DNA of 64,000 bases from an uncultured bacterium. Its GTDB lineage: Bacteria > Armatimonadota > Abditibacteriia > Abditibacteriales > Abditibacteriaceae. The stretch is taken from positions 3,050,375 to 3,114,374 of the forward strand of contig CAWJLW010000006.1 in the NCBI GenBank assembly GCA_963843795.1. Reading direction: 5' to 3'. The notes below the pieces were generated by a model. The model saw nothing but the letters and a program-made list of their open reading frames with translations, was not told the origin of the DNA and did not search any database. A program made the translations under genes and the position numbers. Below, one piece after another: positions 39,713-50,007 of this stretch (its first letter is position 1; each line of letters starts with the position of its first letter).

Positions 39713-40075
39713 TTTTAGAATCTGCGGCAGCATCACCCTGTGAAAGCGGGCCGCAGACACAATCCTCGTCGGGCACCTCAATCATAAAAGTATACGGATG
39801 CTGTTCTCAATTTTAACCCTCAAAATTGCTCCTACGATTGATTATATTCTCAAAAAATTAATTTGAAGTTTCTTAAAATTAACTTCGCATATTTTTTGCT
39901 TCGATAGATTTTTCACGGATGTGAAGAAAAGCCCGCTCATTGGCGCAAACCATGAAACCATATTAATTCTCATGGCAAGTACTTGCGGCCAAGTTGTGAG
40001 CTGACGGATTTTTGATATGGCGGATGATTTGCTTTTCCTCGAACATCAACCAAGACAATTTAAGAGGAGAATACG

Positions 40076-40963
40076 ATGAGTCAACATTCTGATGAAAAGC
40101 GCCCGATGTCCAAGGAAATCGAAGCCGAAACCCAGCCATATCCCGCGCAACAAAGCGCGATGCAACGTCAGCCGGACAGCGATTTGTCCAACTACCAACC
40201 CGCCGGGAAACTACAGGGCAAAGTCGCGCTTATTACGGGCGCCGATTCAGGAATTGGACGCGCTGTCGCCATCGCTTACTGTATGGAAGGCGCCGATGTC
40301 GCTATTGTCTACAACGAGAATACAGGCGATGCAGAAGAAACCAAACGATTGTGCGAAGAAAAAGCGCCCGGTCGCAAATGTTTGGTGATTCAGTGCGATG
40401 TGCGCCAGTCGAAAAACTGCGACGCTGCAGTCGAGCAAACCGTGAGCGAACTCGGCGGATTGAATATTCTGGTCAATAATGCGGCCTATCAGATGGCGCA
40501 ACAATCTTTGTTTGATTTAAGCGACGAGCAAATCGAGCGCACTTTCCAAACCAATATCATCGCGTATTTTTACATGGCACGCGCGGCGCTGAAGCATTTG
40601 CAAGATGGCGATGCGATTGTGAACACCGGCTCGATTGTCGGCATTACTGGCAACAAAATATTGCTCGATTACACGGCCACCAAAGGCGCGATTCACGCTT
40701 TCACGAAAAGTTTGGCTTTGCAACTGGGTGAGAAAAATATTCGCGTCAATTGTGTCGCGCCCGGCCCAATTTGGACGCCGAATATTCCCGGCACCATGCC
40801 GCCCGATGAAATCGAAAATTTCGGTCACGAAGTCGCACTGAAGCGGCCCGGACAGCCCGAAGAACTCGCGCCCGCTTATGTATTTTTGGGCAGTAGTGAT
40901 TCCAGTTTCATGACCGGCGCGGTCATCGAAATCACCGGTGGTAAAACCTCCGGCGGCGCTTGA
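40076..40963 (+). CDS. SDR oxidoreductase (YghA/general stress protein 39-like)
   Basis: ITGADSGIG, NNAAYQ, YTATK, VAPGPIWTP. Confidence 0.93.
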   Translation: MSQHSDEKRPMSKEIEAETQPYPAQQSAMQRQPDSDLSNYQPAGKLQGKVALITGADSGIGRAVAIAYCMEGADVAIVYNENTGDAEETKRLCEEKAPGRKCLVIQCDVRQSKNCDAAVEQTVSELGGLNILVNNAAYQMAQQSLFDLSDEQIERTFQTNIIAYFYMARAALKHLQDGDAIVNTGSIVGITGNKILLDYTATKGAIHAFTKSLALQLGEKNIRVNCVAPGPIWTPNIPGTMPPDEIENFGHEVALKRPGQPEELAPAYVFLGSSDSSFMTGAVIEITGGKTSGGA

Positions 40964-40974
40964 AAAGTGAGATA

Positions 40975-41028
40975 TTGAAACGTCAAAAGGGCGCTGCAAG
41001 TACTTGCAGCGCCCTTTTGACGTTTCAA
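40975..41028. terminator. 54-bp perfect palindrome centred on GCAAGTACTTGC between convergent genes
   Basis: TTGAAACGTCAAAAGGGCGCT-core-AGCGCCCTTTTGACGTTTCAA. Confidence 0.7.
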
Positions 41029-41276
41029 CCACCGGCAACTGGCGGCAACAGAGCGATTTCTTGGTCGCAATGGACGCGCGCATCGTTTTTCACGTATTCG
41101 CAATCGACGGCGACGCGAATGTGCGGCAGCCACGCGCGCAGCCACACATGGTTTTCAGCCGCGATTTCCAACAGTTCAGCAACACCCGTTTCAGCAATTT
41201 CGCTGTCGATAATGATTTGATCGTTGTGCGCGCGTTCTCGCAGTGCGCCGAACAGAAGAATAGTGAATTGGTTCAT
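41025..41276 (-). CDS. moaD: MoaD/ThiS family sulfur carrier
   Basis: ILLFGALRE...EIALLPPVAGG with C-terminal Gly-Gly. Confidence 0.8.
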   Translation of the reverse strand: MNQFTILLFGALRERAHNDQIIIDSEIAETGVAELLEIAAENHVWLRAWLPHIRVAVDCEYVKNDARVHCDQEIALLPPVAGG

Positions 41277-41309
41277 GAGAAACGAGCGCTGCAAGTACTT
41301 GCAGCGTAT

Positions 41310-43718
41310 TTACGAGCGGTCGCAGAATTCGCTGATGTCGTCGAGTTCAAACGTTACAGGACATTCGGGCAGCGAATCTAAAAAAGTGCGTCCATAACCT
41401 TTGGTGGTCACACGCGGGTCTAAAATTGCCACGATGCCGCGATCTTGGTTGGTGCGAATCAGACGACCAAAGCCCTGACGGAACATCATCACGGCTTGCG
41501 GAACTTGATATTGCGCGAACGGATTGCCGCCGCGTTCGCGCAAACTTTCGACGCGCGCTTGCACCATCGGATCGTCGGGCACAGCGAACGGCAGCTTCAT
41601 CAAAACCACGCAGCTCAAACTTTCGCCGGGCACATCGACGCCTTGCCAGAAGCTCGTCGTACCGACCAGAACCGAACTGGTGTCGTTGCGGAAAGTTTCC
41701 AAGAGGGCGCCGCGCGCGCCTTCGCCTTGCGCCAGAACGCGAATATCGGGCGGCAAATTGTCGCGCAGTTTGCGCGCGGCGGCATCGACCATGCGAAAGC
41801 TCGTGCAAAGCACAAAAGCGTGCCCACGCGTGCGCTCGACGACATCGACCGCGCGTTCAATCGCCGCGTTTTCAAAATATTGTCCGTGACTCGGATCGGG
41901 CAAATCGCGCCCGACGTAAAGCAGCGCGTTTTTGGCATAATCGAAGGGCGAACCCAAACTCAAAGTTTGCACCGCAGCCGGTTCTTCATCTTTTTTGTCG
42001 CGACCGTTGCGGCGCACGATGTTTTCAATCGCCGCTTTTTCGCTTTGGTCTCTGGCTTGGCTCTCGCGTTCGGCTTCAATTTTGGCGGCTTCGCGCGCGG
42101 CTTGAATCGTTTTGTCGTCCAAACCCAAACGCGAGCGCAGAAAGCTAAAATCTTGTCCGGTCGTCAAAGTCGCTGAGGTGAGAACGACGGGACGAATCGC
42201 GTCGAAAACGGTTTTGCGCAGCGATTTAGCGATTTCAATCGGCGCGGCGTGCAAGCTCAGGCGCGGCACGCGATTGCTTTCGCCCGAATTCTGGCGCGGC
42301 TGCATCGCGACCCAGTAAACGTGTTCGGGCCGCATCTGCCCTAAAATTTCGCTCAAGGCAACGCGCGTTTGGTCGCAGCGCGCGGCGAAACCATCCAACT
42401 CGCGCACCAAACCATCTTCGCCCCCATCTTCGGCCAGACGTCGCGCATCGGCCAGCGCCTTTTGCACGCGCAAAAGCGGTTCGTCCAAAGCGTTTTCCAA
42501 TTGCAACGGCTCGCGAATGCGCAAGGTTTGCGTGCGGCGCGCATCGAGATTGAGTTCCATTTGCAGGTTGCCGAAAAACTGGCTGGTCGCCACGCGCGCT
42601 TCTTCGACCGCTTCAACCAGCGCTTTCTCCTGCGTGTCGCGCAGAGTGAAATTTGCTTGCTGCAGCGGCGTGCGCCCCGAACGCCGATGATGCAAAGTTT
42701 CGAGCAAACGCGCCACGCCCAAATTGGTGACTTCCAAGCCCAAATAAGCGCTCGCGACATCTTCGGCGGTGTGCGCTTCGTCCAAAACCAGCGCGTCAAA
42801 TGGCGGCAAAACCGCGCCCGCCGTGTTGCCGCCTTTGGACAAATGCGCGAACAGCAGATGATGATTGGCGATTAAAATGTGCGCTTTTTCCTGTTCGCGG
42901 CGCGCGATGTAATAAAACGAATTATCATACAACGGACAAGCGCGGCCCAAGCACAAATCGGATTCGCGATTGACTTGCGACCACAGACCGCGCGACGGCT
43001 CGAACGGCAAATCAATGTTGCGACCGGTCGGCGAATGCGCCGCCCAATGATGCAATTCCTGCAACTCGGCGACATCGTTTTTGGTCGCGAACAAGCCCGC
43101 TTGCTGCGCCTTGCCCAAACGACGCGGGCACAAATAATTCGACGTGCCCAAACACAGCGCATATTTGAAATCGAGCTTCAATTCGTCGCGCAGCAAGTTG
43201 TGTAAAAACGGCAAATCGCGTTCGACCAATTGTTGTTGCAGCGCTTTGGTGTGCGTCGCGATGAGAACTTTTTTGCGTTCGCGAACCGCCCACAAAATGA
43301 ACGGCAGTAGATACGCGTAGCTTTTGCCGACGCCGGTTCCGGCTTCGACCAGCAAATGCGCGCGCTCGTCAATCGCGCGCTGCACCGCGCGCGCCATTTC
43401 CAGTTGTTCGGGACGCTCTTCGTAATTGCGCCCGCCCTCGTTCAAGCCTTCGGCCAGCACACCATTGCGACTCAGTAAACGTCCCAATTCATCATTTTCA
43501 TCGACAGTTTTGGCACGAGCGTCCGGTTTGATTTCAGGTTTTTCGGGCGCGATTTCAGCGGGCGTTTCGGGTTTGGTTTCCGAGTTTTCTGCGGGCTTTG
43601 GGGTTTTGGCGAGCGCTTTGAGCGGTGTCTTGGTATCGTCGTTGGGCAGAAAGATGACTTTCTTGCGGCGCGGCGTGGAAGAAGGGTCGGGAGAATTGGG
43701 TCGCGGAGTGTTTGGCAC
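41310..43718 (-). CDS. DinG/YoaA-family ATP-dependent DNA helicase
   Basis: EAGTGVGKS, ANHHLL, DEAH, TSATL, FWQGVDVPG, QGFGRLIR. Confidence 0.93.
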   Translation of the reverse strand: MPNTPRPNSPDPSSTPRRKKVIFLPNDDTKTPLKALAKTPKPAENSETKPETPAEIAPEKPEIKPDARAKTVDENDELGRLLSRNGVLAEGLNEGGRNYEERPEQLEMARAVQRAIDERAHLLVEAGTGVGKSYAYLLPFILWAVRERKKVLIATHTKALQQQLVERDLPFLHNLLRDELKLDFKYALCLGTSNYLCPRRLGKAQQAGLFATKNDVAELQELHHWAAHSPTGRNIDLPFEPSRGLWSQVNRESDLCLGRACPLYDNSFYYIARREQEKAHILIANHHLLFAHLSKGGNTAGAVLPPFDALVLDEAHTAEDVASAYLGLEVTNLGVARLLETLHHRRSGRTPLQQANFTLRDTQEKALVEAVEEARVATSQFFGNLQMELNLDARRTQTLRIREPLQLENALDEPLLRVQKALADARRLAEDGGEDGLVRELDGFAARCDQTRVALSEILGQMRPEHVYWVAMQPRQNSGESNRVPRLSLHAAPIEIAKSLRKTVFDAIRPVVLTSATLTTGQDFSFLRSRLGLDDKTIQAAREAAKIEAERESQARDQSEKAAIENIVRRNGRDKKDEEPAAVQTLSLGSPFDYAKNALLYVGRDLPDPSHGQYFENAAIERAVDVVERTRGHAFVLCTSFRMVDAAARKLRDNLPPDIRVLAQGEGARGALLETFRNDTSSVLVGTTSFWQGVDVPGESLSCVVLMKLPFAVPDDPMVQARVESLRERGGNPFAQYQVPQAVMMFRQGFGRLIRTNQDRGIVAILDPRVTTKGYGRTFLDSLPECPVTFELDDISEFCDRS

Positions 43719-43847
43719 AATGAAATTTTAGCAAATTTGCGCTTGTTCCGAGCCATCAAAGCGGCAACACTGTGGCATATTCACAACAAACGCACTGCAA
43801 GTACTTGCAGCGCGTTTGCAACGTAGTTTTCTTTCAAGATCAATTTT

Positions 43848-45128
43848 ATGGCCGTAATTTCCGCACCTCTCAATGCTTCGGGTTCGCTTTCGCGCTCGCT
43901 GTGGCGCGATTTGGATTGGAGCTTGCTTTTATTAGTTCTTCTGCTTTCGCTGTGGAGCCTTTCCACCATCGCTTCGGCGACGCATTCGCGCGATGAAGTT
44001 TCGTTTTCGGGCCGGCCCGCCGTTATTACCAACGACCCCAATTCTTCCGCCGCGCCTGACGACGCCGAATCGCGCGCCGCCACTTCCAATACTTCGGCTT
44101 CCAGCAGTCGCGGCGGCTGGTCGGATGTGGCCAAGCAAGGGGTTTGGGTGGCTCTGGGCCTGACGATTATGATCGTGCTGGCTTTCAAAGATTATCCGTT
44201 CTGGATGCATTTGCAATCGTGGCTTTATATCGGCGCGTTGGCGCTGCTGATACTGCTTTTGTTTTTGCCATCGAGCATCGCGCCGACCATTAACGGCGCG
44301 AAAAGTTGGATTCGATTAGCGGGCTTTGCCTTACAACCTTCGGAATTTGCCAAATTCGCCATCATCGTTTCGCTCGCGGCGTTCATCTGTCGCCGTCAGG
44401 AACAAGTGCGCGAATGGAAGGTCGTTTTGGGTTCTTTGGCGTTTCTCATTCCGCCGCTGGCTTTGGTTTTGAAGCAGCCCGACTTTGGAACCGCGCTGGC
44501 GATTTTAGCGATCTGGTTCGGCACGTTGTTCTTCGGCGGCGCGCGTTTGCGCCATCTGGGAATCGTAGCTTTGGTCGGCATTCTGGCGTTCGGCGCGATC
44601 TGGCAAAGCGGCAAATTGAAGCCTCACCAAAAAGCGCGTCTGGCAGTTTTTCTCAACACCAATCCAACTTCTAAAGAAGACCGCAAAGATGGTTATCAAT
44701 TGAAGCAATCGCAAATCGCGATTGGCAGCGGACAAATCGCCGGTCAGGGCTGGGGACAAGGCATGCAAAATCGCGCCGGTTATGTGCCCGAAAACACAAC
44801 GGATTTTATTTTCACCGTCGTGGCTGAAGAACTCGGCTTCATCGGCGCGGCTTCACTGCTGGGCGTATATTTACTGCTTTTGTTGCGCACTAGCGCGATT
44901 GCACTGAGCACCGACAATTATTTCGGAGCCTTAATTGCGGGCGGCTTCACCGCGCTGCTGGCCTTTCACGCCGTGATTAATTTGGGAATGACGATGCGCG
45001 TGATGCCAATCACCGGCGTGCCGCTGCCATTTTTCTCGTATGGCGGTTCGAGTTACCTCGCGTTTTCGATGTGCGTCGGCGTTCTGCAAAGCATTGTATT
45101 GAGACAAAAACGGACAGGTAATTTTTAA
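43848..45128 (+). CDS. rodA: SEDS peptidoglycan polymerase RodA
   Basis: GAKSWI, QPSEFAK, QPDFGT, GYQLKQSQIAIGSG, PENTTDFIF, LPFFSYGGSS. Confidence 0.88.
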   Translation: MAVISAPLNASGSLSRSLWRDLDWSLLLLVLLLSLWSLSTIASATHSRDEVSFSGRPAVITNDPNSSAAPDDAESRAATSNTSASSSRGGWSDVAKQGVWVALGLTIMIVLAFKDYPFWMHLQSWLYIGALALLILLLFLPSSIAPTINGAKSWIRLAGFALQPSEFAKFAIIVSLAAFICRRQEQVREWKVVLGSLAFLIPPLALVLKQPDFGTALAILAIWFGTLFFGGARLRHLGIVALVGILAFGAIWQSGKLKPHQKARLAVFLNTNPTSKEDRKDGYQLKQSQIAIGSGQIAGQGWGQGMQNRAGYVPENTTDFIFTVVAEELGFIGAASLLGVYLLLLLRTSAIALSTDNYFGALIAGGFTALLAFHAVINLGMTMRVMPITGVPLPFFSYGGSSYLAFSMCVGVLQSIVLRQKRTGNF

Positions 45129-45198
45129 ATTGAAATCAACCCAAAAGCGCTCTGCAAGTACTTGCAGAGCGCTTTGTCGTTTCTCAAATTGCTTTCTT

Positions 45199-46842
45199 TT
45201 ACGCGGTGGGCAATTCGTCCATCACCGGCAACGTGATTTCAACACATAAACCATGCGGTGGTACATTTTCGGCGCGCACGCTGCCGCAGTGCCAGCGAAC
45301 GGCGCGTTCGGTGATTGATAAGCCTAAACCGGCGCCGCCACTTTCGCGGTCGCGGGCAGCTTCGACGCGATAGAACGGTTTGAACAGTTCGCTCAAACTA
45401 GCTTCCGGCACGCCTTCGCCCCAATCGCGCACGCTGAGAATCGCGACATCGTTTTCGCAGTTCAATCTGACTTCGACTTGCGTATCCACGCGCGTGTGGC
45501 GAATCGCGTTGCGGACGACGTTCTCAATCGCGCTGTGCAACAAAGCGCCGTTGCCGCTTATCTGGCACGGCGTCAAAGTCGCGTGCACGCTGCGATTTTT
45601 TTCGCTAGCTTCAAACTGCGCATCGGCCACGACATCGCGCACGATGGCGGGCAAATCGACAATGGAAACTTCGCGCTCATTGACCAGCGCCGTTGAATTT
45701 GGCAAGGAGGAAACTGCTGCGGCAGCGGCGCTATTTTCCATATTTTCCAAGCGCGCCAGTTGCAAAAGTTGGCCGATGAGTTCGTTCAAGCGCACGATTT
45801 CGCCGCCGATGCGCTCGTGTGCGCTGTGGGCTTCGGGCGCGGTTTCGTGATGGCGCGCAAGGGCCAGAGCAACGCTGAGGCGCGTTAGTGGAGAGCGCAG
45901 CTCGTGTGACACATCGCCGAGCAAACGCCGCTGAGCTTCGACCAGATTGTGTTGAGCGGTCATCAAAGTTTCGATGCGCGCGGCCATATCGTCGAAGTCG
46001 CGGTTGAGATCGGCGAGTTCGTCGCGACGCGCAAGGTGATTGCCGACGCGCGCGCCCAAATCGCCTTGGGCCAAGCGACGCGTGGCTACGCGCAGCGAAT
46101 AAATCGGCGAGGTCACAGTGCGCGCTAATCCGTAGCACAGCAGCGTGCTCATCAACAAAAGTGCGCCTAATCCCAGCCATAAAGTTTGAGCTTGAATTGG
46201 CGCGCGGCCTTCGGGCGGACGGTTGAGTTGACCGGCCAGAACATACACACGTCCCGCAGCATCCTGCGTGGTTTGCGCAACCAGAGCGGTGCGTCCATTG
46301 AGGGCGAACTGAGCGCTCTGGGTGTTTTCATCAATTGCTCTTTGAATCAGAAAATTCAAATCTGCGCGCACATGATCGGGCATTTCACCACGATCCGGGC
46401 CATACCCATCGCGTCGCCCCAAACTATCAAAATTTTGCATTTCACCATCGGGGACATCGCCATCAAGGCGATCATCCGGCAGTGGACCATCGAACAACTG
46501 GTCACGCGACATTCTCCTGACGGAGCGACCGCGACCGCGCGCAGCCGCTTTATCACGCGTGATCTCACGGGAAAGAGGGCGCGCCATCGCATCGTAAAGG
46601 CGCAGTCGCGTTGGGCCATGACCACTCAAGCGTTGCAAAGAAGCATCGAGCGCCGCTGTGCCACCTTTTTCATATGCTTCCACTGTTTGAGCGGCGTAAA
46701 CCGAGAGCGCCTGACTAGTCGCCTGACGCCACGCGGCGGGCAATGGATCGGGCCGCGTGGCGGTTGCGATGCCGAAAAGTGCCGCGCCCATCACGACCAT
46801 CGCGCTCCAAAACCAGATGAAGATTTTCCAGAATAAATTCAT
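45199..46842 (-). CDS. Sensor histidine kinase, CpxA-like
   Basis: LFWKIFIWFW N-terminus, DVSHELRSPL, ENVVRNAIRH, GAGLGL. Confidence 0.92.
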   Translation of the reverse strand: MNLFWKIFIWFWSAMVVMGAALFGIATATRPDPLPAAWRQATSQALSVYAAQTVEAYEKGGTAALDASLQRLSGHGPTRLRLYDAMARPLSREITRDKAAARGRGRSVRRMSRDQLFDGPLPDDRLDGDVPDGEMQNFDSLGRRDGYGPDRGEMPDHVRADLNFLIQRAIDENTQSAQFALNGRTALVAQTTQDAAGRVYVLAGQLNRPPEGRAPIQAQTLWLGLGALLLMSTLLCYGLARTVTSPIYSLRVATRRLAQGDLGARVGNHLARRDELADLNRDFDDMAARIETLMTAQHNLVEAQRRLLGDVSHELRSPLTRLSVALALARHHETAPEAHSAHERIGGEIVRLNELIGQLLQLARLENMENSAAAAAVSSLPNSTALVNEREVSIVDLPAIVRDVVADAQFEASEKNRSVHATLTPCQISGNGALLHSAIENVVRNAIRHTRVDTQVEVRLNCENDVAILSVRDWGEGVPEASLSELFKPFYRVEAARDRESGGAGLGLSITERAVRWHCGSVRAENVPPHGLCVEITLPVMDELPTA

Positions 46843-46911
46843 AACGCGATCCACTCGATTTCGCTTTTGGTGCACTGCAAGTACTTGCAGTGCACCATTT
46901 GCTATCGTTTT

Positions 46912-47640
46912 TTATCGGCTGTGCGTATAAATATAGCCGACGCCGCGCACGGTTTTGACGCGTTCGCTATCGTCTTTGTGCGCGCCCAATTTGCGGCGCA
47001 GGTTGCTCATGTGCGTGTCAATAGAGCGGTCGAAGGGCGACAAAGGCCGATCCAGCACCTGACGCGCGATGTCGCGGCGTGCGACAACGTGACCGGCCTC
47101 TTTCAACAACATCGCCAATAAATCGAATTCGACGGCGGTGAGTTCGATTTCTGTGTCATCGCGCCAAACCCGACGTTCGCCGCCATCCAACATCACATCG
47201 CCCACCTGCAAACGATGCTCATTAGCGGGTGGCACGCTGGAATCGGTAGATGCCGCGCTGCTTTCGTTGGGTGAACGGCGCAAAATGGCGCGCATTCGCG
47301 CCACCAGTTCGCGTTCGTTGAACGGTTTGGGCAGATAATCATCGGCGCCTACTTCCAAACCCACGATGCGATCAACCGCATCGCCGCGCGCCGTCAGCAT
47401 CAGAACCGGCACGCGCGCGTGGGGCGAAGCGGCACCGCGAATCTGGCGCAGCACTTCAAATCCGTTGAGATTTGGCAGCATCACGTCCAGCAAAACCATC
47501 GCGTAATCGCCCGATAAAGCGGCGGTTACGCCACCTTGGCCTTCGTGAACGCCCGTGACTTCGAAGCCTTCCAGCACCAGATACTGCTGCAAAATTTGAA
47601 ACAGTTCGCGGTCGTCATCGACCATTAAAATTCGCTCCAC
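46912..47640 (-). CDS. OmpR-family response regulator, CpxR-like
   Basis: VDDD, GLEVGADDYLPKPF, FDRSIDTHMSNLRRKL, KTVRGVGY. Confidence 0.93.
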   Translation of the reverse strand: MERILMVDDDRELFQILQQYLVLEGFEVTGVHEGQGGVTAALSGDYAMVLLDVMLPNLNGFEVLRQIRGAASPHARVPVLMLTARGDAVDRIVGLEVGADDYLPKPFNERELVARMRAILRRSPNESSAASTDSSVPPANEHRLQVGDVMLDGGERRVWRDDTEIELTAVEFDLLAMLLKEAGHVVARRDIARQVLDRPLSPFDRSIDTHMSNLRRKLGAHKDDSERVKTVRGVGYIYTHSR

Positions 47641-47691
47641 GTTTTCCCCCCACTTTTGAGATTAGCAGCTTGGTGCGCTTAAAAACCGCGC

Positions 47692-47727
47692 CTTGAGATT
47701 TCTTGACAATTCTTGACAACTCCTTGA
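47692..47727. promoter_or_regulatory. Four CTTGA direct repeats at ~10-bp period (TTCTTGACAA x2); putative operator in a divergent promoter region
   Basis: CTTGA at 47692, 47702, 47712 and 47723, between the response regulator and the divergent secreted-protein genes. Confidence 0.55.
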
Positions 47728-47891
47728 AATTCTCTCGACCCGCACTTAACACAGCAAACACGATACTTCTTTTCGTTCCATAAGCGAGCCGCACCATTCA
47801 AAGCCCCAGCAAGTACTTGCGATGTATCGCGGGGACTTTGCGAATCCCGAAAACGCGCAAGCTCAAACTTCACAGGAACTAGGAGACACTT

Positions 47892-48295
47892 ATGCGAAGG
47901 CAATCCCGAAAAGTGTGCGTTGCTGTGGCTTTGAGCACTGCTATCGCACTGCCTGCTCTTTATCAAACCGCACAAGCTGCGCCCCGTCGCGGCGCTGGCA
48001 AAAATTCTTCCACCGCCACTACGGGAACTGCGACTGGCACTTCGAATCGTTCGGCACCAGCGCCGGGAGCGCGTGAAATCAAGATGCTCGAAACCGCTCT
48101 GGGCGCACGCTGACCGATGAAGAAATTGCAGCCGTCAATACGGCTCAAGCGACGCGCGACGCCGCAGTGTCTGTGGCCTTCACGAATTACAAAACCGCTG
48201 TGGTCATAGCGGTTGGGCTGACAGGGGATGAATTGGATGCCAAGATTCAGGCCGCTCGTCGTGCCAATGGCGGTGGACGCGGTGGTCGTCGTTAA
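47892..48295 (+). pseudogene. Frameshifted small secreted protein (or sequencing error)
   Basis: AGGAG RBS and signal peptide; frame 1 stops at 48113 while another frame continues TLTDEEIAAVNTAQ...GGGRGGRR to TAA 48295; adding one base near 48104 gives LGRTLTDEE. Confidence 0.65.
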
Positions 48296-48398
48296 ATCGT
48301 TGTAGATTTTGATACAGTGAGCGTGGTCGAATTTTGCCATCGTCCGCTGTATCGAATCCCACACTGAATGGAACTGCTTGAGATTAAAGGAGATTACA

Positions 48399-49079
48399 AT
48401 GTTAAAAAAGTTTTTGATTGTGTCGAGTTGTGCAGCGGGCTTAATTTTTTCATCGCAGGTGCCGCAAGTACTTGCACAGCCAGGGCGAACCAATGGTCGC
48501 ACGAACACAAATCAGCCGCGCCCGAACAATAGCAAGCGCCAGTTGCAAAGCCTGTGGAACGGCGTGTGGCGCTTGGAAGGCAGCATGACACCGCTTTCGG
48601 GCGCTCAAGCCAAGCGCATCGTGGCCGCCGTGCGTCCGTGGTCGAGCAAAAGCAGCATGACCGAAGCGCAGGCCAAAAGTTTGGTTTCGACGATTAACGG
48701 TGTTTTGACTCCCTCACAACGCAGCGTCGTTGGCAACTTGAACGAAGGCCCGGGCGGCGGACGTGGACCCGGCGGACCGGGCGGCCGTGGACCCGGCGGA
48801 CCGGACGGCCGTGGACCGGATGGACGTGGACCGGGTGGACCGCCTCCCGGTGGGGAAATGGGCGGACCGCCGCCGGCTGGTGGTCGTGGCGATGGTCCAC
48901 CTCCTGGAGGTGGCATGAATGCCAATGCGATGAAAATGATGGCAACAATGAACCCTTTCTATGCACCGACCGGTTACAGTACTTTCAAAAGCCTGCCTGC
49001 ACGCATGCAAACCAACTTAATGCACCGCTATCAAGAAACGCGCGCCACTTTGGTTGTTTTGTCGCGCAAAGCGGGTTAA
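48399..49079 (+). CDS. Secreted hypothetical protein with Gly/Pro-rich (GPGG/GRGP) repeat
   Basis: AAGGAG RBS, signal peptide, LSxAQAK and LTPSQ helical motifs. Confidence 0.75.
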   Translation: MLKKFLIVSSCAAGLIFSSQVPQVLAQPGRTNGRTNTNQPRPNNSKRQLQSLWNGVWRLEGSMTPLSGAQAKRIVAAVRPWSSKSSMTEAQAKSLVSTINGVLTPSQRSVVGNLNEGPGGGRGPGGPGGRGPGGPDGRGPDGRGPGGPPPGGEMGGPPPAGGRGDGPPPGGGMNANAMKMMATMNPFYAPTGYSTFKSLPARMQTNLMHRYQETRATLVVLSRKAG

Positions 49080-49209
49080 GAACAGCTTTGATTTGAAAAT
49101 AGTCATCCGCTGCGCAGGAGAAACTGTGGTTTTTCCTGTACATATTCTCAACATTATAGTAGCAACATCAAAGCGCCGTAATTTTCTAATTACGGCACAA
49201 GGAGAACAC

Positions 49210-49926
49210 ATGTCACATCACGAAACGCCTTCTTCTTTTTCGAAGAGTTCGTTCCACACACGCCGTCATTTTCTGCGCCGTCTGGCTTCGGGCGTGGTAG
49301 TGGCAACCGGCGGCGCGATGCTGGCCAGTCGTTTACAAATGGATAGTGCAGCATTTGCCGAAGCGCTCACGCAGACGCCGTGGCAAACCGAAGGACCGTT
49401 TTATCCCGATCATCTGCCACTCGATACCGATAACGATTTGATCATCGTCAAGCCCGGTATCACGCCCGCGATTGGCGAAATTACACACCTCAGCGGTCGC
49501 GTGACTGATACCAAAGGCGATCCGGTGCGCGGAGTGATGGTCGAAATCTGGCAGGTCGATCACAACGGTGCTTATATTCATTCGCGCAACGGTTTCGGCG
49601 TTCACGACAAGTTTTTTCAGGGCTACGGTCGTTTCGATACCGACAAAAACGGGGAATATCGTTTTCGCACCGTGAAGCCGGTGCCCTATCCGGGTCGCAC
49701 GCCACACATTCATATGTCGATCTGGAAAGGACAACGCGAACTTTTGACCACGCAGGTTTATGTGCGAGGTCATCCGCAAAACGCACGTGATGGTGTGCTC
49801 AATGGAATTCGTAACACTGCGCAACGTAACGCGGTGCAGGTGCCTTTTGTGCCCCTCAAAAATTCCACAATCGGCGAGTTGGCGGCTCGCTTTGATATCG
49901 TGCTCGGCTGGACGCCACCGGCCTAA
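49210..49926 (+). CDS. Intradiol ring-cleavage dioxygenase family protein with Tat signal
   Basis: TRRHFL twin-arginine motif; TEGPFYP, VEIWQVDHNGAY, YPGRTPHIH. Confidence 0.88.
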   Translation: MSHHETPSSFSKSSFHTRRHFLRRLASGVVVATGGAMLASRLQMDSAAFAEALTQTPWQTEGPFYPDHLPLDTDNDLIIVKPGITPAIGEITHLSGRVTDTKGDPVRGVMVEIWQVDHNGAYIHSRNGFGVHDKFFQGYGRFDTDKNGEYRFRTVKPVPYPGRTPHIHMSIWKGQRELLTTQVYVRGHPQNARDGVLNGIRNTAQRNAVQVPFVPLKNSTIGELAARFDIVLGWTPPA

Positions 49927-50007
49927 AAATCGCTCTTAGCGGCGATAAATTTCCAGAAGTTTTAAGCTGTAAAAATTCATTTTCCAACCCCACAAGGAGA
50001 CACAACA

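Noticed and set aside
39713..40075. AT-rich intergenic region as a possible origin or ncRNA
   Set aside because: No DnaA-box cluster or convincing structure; consistent with a promoter region.
48745..48850. GC-rich repeats here and at 50560-50700
   Set aside because: Explained by Gly/Pro-rich coding repeats.
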